Assembly (NCBI GenBank): GCA_016187725.1
Contig: JACPJE010000068.1
Coordinates: forward strand, 1,049-65,048
DNA: 64,000 nt
Reading direction: 5' to 3'
From: Candidatus Latescibacterota bacterium
GTDB lineage: Bacteria; Latescibacterota; UBA2968; UBA8231
Position 1 is the stretch's first letter. Each line of letters opens with the position of its first letter. The notes below the pieces were generated by a model. That model had not been told where the DNA came from, did not search any database, and saw only the letters and a program-made list of their open reading frames with translations. The translations under genes and the position numbers were made by a program. This document shows, one piece after another, positions 59,336 through 64,000 of the stretch.

Positions 59336-60397
59336 CTAGTTCACCCAGCCTTCCTCATAGCCAGTCTGGTAGAGGGCGACGATATTCTCGGGAGGGCTGA
59401 CCGCCTGGATGTTGTGGCAGGGCGCCAGGACGTAGCCTCCCCCCTCGCCCAGCAGGCGCAGGTTCTCGCGCACCTCCCCGCGCACTTCCTCCACCGAGCC
59501 GAAGGCCAGGGTGTACTGGTTGTCCACTCCCCCGTGGAAGATCAGCCGGCCGCCGAAGTCCCGCTTGAGGGCCTCGCGCTCCATGCCCTTGCAGCGCCAC
59601 TGGATGGGATTGAGCACGTCGATGCCCAGCTCGATCATCTCGGGCAGCACCTGGCGGACGGCCCCGTCGCTGTGGAAGAAGACAAAGGCCCCCCCCTGGT
59701 GGGCCAGGGCTATCATCCGCTTCATGCCCGGCAGCAGAAACCGGCGGATGTGCTCCAGCGAGAACATCAGGCTCTCCTGGCTGCCCAGATCCTCGGCCAC
59801 GTAGCTGATCATCACCTGGCCCTGAGCCTGTTCACAGATGCGCCGGGTGTTCTCGTAGGCCAGGTCGAAGAGCTTGCCCAGGCAGTAATCCACAATATCG
59901 GGATGTTCGATCAGGTCCACAAAGGCCTGTTCTTCCCCGCGCAGCTTCTTATATAGAAGAAAAGGCTCGGAACCGCCGCCGCGGATGGGGTAGGCCTCCC
60001 AGCCCTTGAGCTGGGCCGGGATGCCCGAATAGTCGTACCAGTCCGGGCTGGGCCAGGTGTAGTGGCCCTCGATTTGCTCCACGCTGTCCCAGTGGGACAG
60101 GGGACTGTGTACACATTCGGCGTACACCCCGCTGCCGTAGTCGACCTGGCGGTGCCGGCAGCCGTAGATATCCTCCCCGGGGGGCGGAGGCGGCCCCACA
60201 TAGGCCGGCCCCAGGGTGACCACCCGGTCGATGTGCAGTTTGTCGTACAGCTCCTGGTCCCCAGCACAGCGCAGGTGCCGCTTCAACTTGGCAGTGGCTT
60301 CCCCGGTGGCCCAGTAATCCATCGGTACCCGGTCCGGCCGCTCGCCCTTCAGGACGGCCAGCCAGCGCTCGCGGGGGGTCATGGTCTCTTTGGGCAT
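59336..60397 (-). CDS. UROD-fold (MtaA-like) protein
   Basis: 'MTPRERW....PDRVP', 'EDLGSQ', 'FHSDG', 'LNPIQ', 'GGVDNQ', 'APCHNIQ...PENI'. Confidence 0.88.
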   Translation of the reverse strand: MPKETMTPRERWLAVLKGERPDRVPMDYWATGEATAKLKRHLRCAGDQELYDKLHIDRVVTLGPAYVGPPPPPGEDIYGCRHRQVDYGSGVYAECVHSPLSHWDSVEQIEGHYTWPSPDWYDYSGIPAQLKGWEAYPIRGGGSEPFLLYKKLRGEEQAFVDLIEHPDIVDYCLGKLFDLAYENTRRICEQAQGQVMISYVAEDLGSQESLMFSLEHIRRFLLPGMKRMIALAHQGGAFVFFHSDGAVRQVLPEMIELGIDVLNPIQWRCKGMEREALKRDFGGRLIFHGGVDNQYTLAFGSVEEVRGEVRENLRLLGEGGGYVLAPCHNIQAVSPPENIVALYQTGYEEGWVN

Positions 60398-60441
60398 GGG
60401 ATTTTCCTCGCAAAGGTCATGAAGGTCTCGCCCAGTTTGCT

Positions 60442-60456
60442 GCAAGGAGCGTGCCA
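60442..60456 (-). promoter_or_regulatory. sigma54 -24/-12 promoter
   Basis: Consensus TGGCACG-CTCC-TTGC upstream of 60397. Confidence 0.75.
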
Positions 60457-60687
60457 GAGCCGAGGGTCCGGGTCACAGGGCTCTGAACTCCAAAAGAATT
60501 TTTTAACCGGCTCTTTATTTCACCGAGGGACTTTTTTATATTGGATATTAATTGGATAACCAGGTTATATATTAACTCGGTAATATGTTTCCCCTGATCT
60601 GGCTGGTGAAGGGGATTGGAGGGCCAGCGGTGATCCCACTGCTTTGGCGACGTGGTTCGGTGCAGCCGCTCTCAGGAGAACTGCTCA

Positions 60688-61278
60688 ATGATAGAGCTTG
60701 AGGTATACCGCCAGTTTCTCCACCACGCCCACATCTTCGCCTCGACGGTCCGGGAGATCCTGGAAGAGAAATACCTGCGGCAGACGACCACTCTGGACGT
60801 CACGGTGCCGCAGTTCAACCTGCTCAAGTTGATCGCCCACAATGGCAAACACCAGGTCGGTGAACTCGCCTCTTTTCTGGGGGTGAGCCAGGCCGCAGCC
60901 AGCAAGAACGTGGACAAGCTGGTTCGTCTGAAGCTCATCATCAGGGAGGTCCAGCAGAGCGACCGGCGGGCGGCCTCCCTGAGCCTGACCCACAAGGGGA
61001 AGAGCGTAATCCACAGGTACGAAGCGCTGAAGGAGGAAAAGCTCAAAGAGATCCTGGAAAGCCTCACGGCAGGTGAACTGGCCACCCTGATGCAGGGTCT
61101 TGAGAAGGTCGCGCATCTGATTCTCGAAAAGGAACTGGACAGAAACAGGTGCATGCGATGCAATGCGTACTACGTGAAATCCTGCCTGCTGAAACCCCTG
61201 TGCGGCAACTGTCTATACCTTCAAACTCGGGAGCGCTCTTATGCCGAGGCTGTTGTTGCCTGCGAAGCCGGAAGCTGA
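60688..61278 (+). CDS. MarR family regulator with Cys-rich C-terminal extension
   Basis: 'VGELASFLGVSQAAASKNVDKL', 'DRRA..LSLT.KG'; tail CMRC...C.....CGNC; AGGAG RBS. Confidence 0.85.
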   Translation: MIELEVYRQFLHHAHIFASTVREILEEKYLRQTTTLDVTVPQFNLLKLIAHNGKHQVGELASFLGVSQAAASKNVDKLVRLKLIIREVQQSDRRAASLSLTHKGKSVIHRYEALKEEKLKEILESLTAGELATLMQGLEKVAHLILEKELDRNRCMRCNAYYVKSCLLKPLCGNCLYLQTRERSYAEAVVACEAGS

Positions 61279-61363
61279 TCCGCTGAGAGCGCTGCCGATT
61301 TTCTGCAGCCAATACCCCTCGTCCGCCAGCGGAGCGGGCCTCTGAACAAAAAGGAATCTACCT

Positions 61364-63106
61364 ATGCTGAGTGATCTCGAAATTGCCCAGGCTGCAAAGC
61401 TGAAACCCATCGTCGATATCGCCCGCGAGGCAGGCCTGGAGGAAGACGACCTGGATCTCTACGGCAAGTACAAGGCCAAGGTCCATCTGGACGTCCTGGA
61501 GAAACTCAAGGGCCGGCCAAACGGGAAGTACATCGACGTGACGGCGATCACGCCCACGCCCCTGGGCGAGGGCAAGACCGTGACCACCATCGGCCTTTCG
61601 CTGGGACTGAACCACATCGGCAAGAAGGTGCTCACCTGTATCCGCCAGCCCTCGCAGGGCCCCACCTTTGGCATCAAGGGCGGAGCCGCCGGCGGCGGGT
61701 ATGCGCAGGTCGTGCCGATGGAGGACTTCAACCTCCACCTGACCGGCGACATCCACGCGGTGAGCGCGGCCCACAACCTGCTGGCCGCGGCCATTGACGC
61801 CCGCATTCTGCACGATGATGAGATGAGCGACGAGCGGCTGGCGAAACTGGGCCTCAAACGGCTGGATATCGATCCCTATGCCCTCACCTGGAACCGGGTG
61901 CTGGACGTCAGCGACCGGGCGCTGCGAAACATCGCCACCGGCCTGGGCACCAAGGACGATGGCCGGCCGCGCCAGACTGGCTTCGACATCGCGGTGGCCT
62001 CGGAAGTCATGGCCATCCTGGCGCTGACCACGGACCTGCGCGATCTGAGGGGTCGGTTGGGGCGCATCGTCGTCGGCATGGACAAAAAAGGCAAGCCGGT
62101 GACCGCAGAAGACCTGGGCGCGGCCGGGGCGATGACCGTCCTGATGAAGGACGCGATCATGCCCACCCTGATGCAGACCGTGGAAAACACGCCGGCCTTT
62201 GTGCACGCCGGCCCCTTTGCCAACATCGCCCACGGCAACAACTCCATCATCGCCGACCAGATAGGACTGAAGTTGGTCACTGGCGGCTACCTGGTCACGG
62301 AGAGCGGCTTTGGCGCGGATTGCGGCATGGAGAAGTTCTTCGACATCAAATGCCGCTACTCAGGGCTGGTCCCCAACTGCGTGGTCATCGTGGCCACCGT
62401 CCGCGCCCTCAAGATGCACGGCGGCGGCCCGCGGGTGGTGCCTGGGCGCGATTTGCCCCAGGCCTACCAGAAGGAAAACCTGAAGCTGCTGGAGAAGGGC
62501 CTGTGCAACCTGGAGGCCTGCATCCGGATCGCGCGCCAGTACGGAATTCCCGTGGTGGTGGCTGTGAACCGCTTCACCAGCGACACCGAAGGGGAGATCG
62601 AGTTGGTGAAAAACGCGGCGGTCAACGCCGGGGCCGAAGGGGCCTTCACTAGCGAGGTGTGGGCCAAAGGGGGCGCCGGCGGCGGCGAACTGGCCGAAGC
62701 CGTGGCCGCTGCCTGCGAGAAACCCTCCTGTTTCCAGTTCCTCTATCCGCTGGAGATGTCGATCAAGGATAAGATCGAGACCATCGCCACGCGGGTCTAC
62801 GGCGCCGGTGGGGTGGACTACCAGCCGGCCGCAGAGGCCAAGATCGAACTCTACACTGAACTGGGCTACGACAAGTTGCCCATCTGCATGGCCAAAACCC
62901 ACCTCTCCCTTTCCCATGACCCAACTTTGAAGGGAGCGCCGAAGGGTTTCACCCTGCCCATTCGGGACATTCGCGCCTCAGTGGGAGCCGGCTTCCTCTA
63001 TCCCCTCTGCGGCGAGATGCGGACCATGCCGGGACTGCCTTCGGTGCCGGCCTTCACCAAGATCGATCTCGACTTGGAGACCGGCAAGGTCGTGGGGTTG
63101 TTCTGA
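61364..63106 (+). CDS. fhs: Formate-tetrahydrofolate ligase
   Basis: '[10 protein letters not shown]', '[11 protein letters not shown]', '[11 protein letters not shown]', 'CMAKTHLS', 'TMPGLP'. Confidence 0.97.
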   Translation: MLSDLEIAQAAKLKPIVDIAREAGLEEDDLDLYGKYKAKVHLDVLEKLKGRPNGKYIDVTAITPTPLGEGKTVTTIGLSLGLNHIGKKVLTCIRQPSQGPTFGIKGGAAGGGYAQVVPMEDFNLHLTGDIHAVSAAHNLLAAAIDARILHDDEMSDERLAKLGLKRLDIDPYALTWNRVLDVSDRALRNIATGLGTKDDGRPRQTGFDIAVASEVMAILALTTDLRDLRGRLGRIVVGMDKKGKPVTAEDLGAAGAMTVLMKDAIMPTLMQTVENTPAFVHAGPFANIAHGNNSIIADQIGLKLVTGGYLVTESGFGADCGMEKFFDIKCRYSGLVPNCVVIVATVRALKMHGGGPRVVPGRDLPQAYQKENLKLLEKGLCNLEACIRIARQYGIPVVVAVNRFTSDTEGEIELVKNAAVNAGAEGAFTSEVWAKGGAGGGELAEAVAAACEKPSCFQFLYPLEMSIKDKIETIATRVYGAGGVDYQPAAEAKIELYTELGYDKLPICMAKTHLSLSHDPTLKGAPKGFTLPIRDIRASVGAGFLYPLCGEMRTMPGLPSVPAFTKIDLDLETGKVVGLF

Positions 63107-63140
63107 GTCGTTTTGAGGATGCTGATCGGCGTGGAGGCAC

Positions 63141-63758
63141 ATGAGTCTGTCGCTGCGGGATAGCTGGCAGGAGGCGTGGCAGGCGGCCCTGGCGCTGGCG
63201 GTGGAGGGGCTGCAGCGGGCCGAGGTGCGGGAGCAGTGCGCCCGGAGCGGGGCGCGCTGGGGAGACGGAGTGGTTGAGCTGGCCTTCCTGAACCGGGTCT
63301 ACCGGGTGCGCCCCCCGGATTTCGCGGTGTCCCTGGCAACCGGCGGCACGGAAGTGCCGCTGACGGAGAAGATCCTGATCCTGCACTACCTCCAGACCGC
63401 CAGCGGCGCGCCGCTGCGGGGAGAGTGGATCAGCTTCGCCCAGGTGCCGGGTGGAGAGTTCTATCTGCCCAATTTCCGGGCGCGGAGCGTCGACCGGCTG
63501 GTGCGGACCTTCGCCGACCGGGAGACAGCCTTGTTCGGGGCCGCTGCCGCTCTGGGCGGGAGCGCCGCCGGGTTCGGGGACGTATCCGTGCAGTTGCCGG
63601 TGCTGCCGCGCGTGCCAGTGGCGCTGGTCCTGTGGCGCGGCGACGAAGAGTTCGCTCCCTCCGGGGATCTGCTCTTCGACGCGGCCGTGGCGGAATACCT
63701 CCCGGTGGAGGATATGGTGGTCCTGGCCGGGATGACGGTCGGCCGATTGTGCGAGTAG
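63141..63758 (+). CDS. DUF3786 family protein
   Basis: 'ILILHYL', 'GEWISFAQVPGG', 'LPRVPVALVLWRGDEEF', 'LPVED'. Confidence 0.85.
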   Translation: MSLSLRDSWQEAWQAALALAVEGLQRAEVREQCARSGARWGDGVVELAFLNRVYRVRPPDFAVSLATGGTEVPLTEKILILHYLQTASGAPLRGEWISFAQVPGGEFYLPNFRARSVDRLVRTFADRETALFGAAAALGGSAAGFGDVSVQLPVLPRVPVALVLWRGDEEFAPSGDLLFDAAVAEYLPVEDMVVLAGMTVGRLCE

Positions 63759-63822
63759 CTCAGATGTCTCGCCTGTCCCACGGTGAAGCATCGAAGTCAG
63801 ACTAGTAGAAGGGAAGTGCATT

Positions 63823-64000
63823 TTGAAGATCGCTATCACTGGAAAGGGTGGGGTTGGCAAGACCACGCTGAGCGCCGGGTTGGCCACGCTCTTTGCCGCC
63901 GCCGGAACCCAGGTAGTCGCGGTGGATGCAGATCCGGACAGCAACCTGGCCGCCACCCTGGGCTTTCCCGATCCGGAGGGCATTGCGCCGATCAGCGAGA
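63823..64000 (+). CDS. cooC: CooC/AcsF-type maturation ATPase, 5' part (runs off the window)
   Basis: TTG start; MKIAITGKGGVGKTTL...VVAVDADPDSNLAATLG; not in the ORF track. Confidence 0.8.
   Translation, partial: MKIAITGKGGVGKTTLSAGLATLFAAAGTQVVAVDADPDSNLAATLGFPDPEGIAPISE

Noticed and set aside
49928-60397. Calling the UROD-fold genes hemE
   Set aside because: Four divergent copies beside a corrinoid protein and RACo fit the methyltransferase branch, and no heme genes are nearby.
59140-60680. Cobalamin, THF or ZTP riboswitch near the C1 genes
   Set aside because: No B12-box or other consensus elements were recognised in the intergenic stretches.
61279-61345. TPP-riboswitch-like words (CTGAGAG...AATACCC...GCCAGCG) upstream of fhs
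   Set aside because: The central ACCTGAT...TAAT core is missing and the context does not fit. An Rfam scan would settle it.

Overview
GC-rich bacterial window. Gene content suggests a Latescibacterota/Poribacteria-like lineage, which is inference only. No rRNA, tRNA, CRISPR array or transposase was recognised. In order it holds: (1) a damaged sigma54-activator gene and secreted proteins ending in a shared 'P(T/S)AVxxx(T/S)WGxVK' tail; (2) a ~10 kb bacterial microcompartment (BMC) locus with aldehyde dehydrogenase, PduL, three vertex proteins, BMC-H/T shell proteins, a DHDPS-family aldolase with an extra N-terminal domain, and a four-BMC-domain shell protein directly behind a divergent two-domain one (4+2=6); (3) ispH, two-component/sigma54/PilZ signalling genes, a broken acyl-CoA ligase-GNAT gene, a Lon-like protease, a sigma70-family factor and a collapsed pduT/pduS relic; (4) an ~18 kb envelope gene run with a PpiC chaperone, three tandem ~920-965 aa paralogous secreted proteins, a giant TPR protein, a lipoprotein, a CBM9-like protein, DUF4159 and a polytopic membrane protein; (5) a corrinoid methyl-transfer/C1 cluster (four UROD/MtaA-family proteins, corrinoid protein, RACo activator, an AcsE-MetF-MetV-like fusion, fhs, start of cooC). 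Eight sigma54 -24/-12 motifs and a structured intergenic repeat with pairing-preserving changes are visible. Several in-frame junctions and frameshifts may be assembly artefacts. All product calls rest on motif recognition by eye, without database searches.
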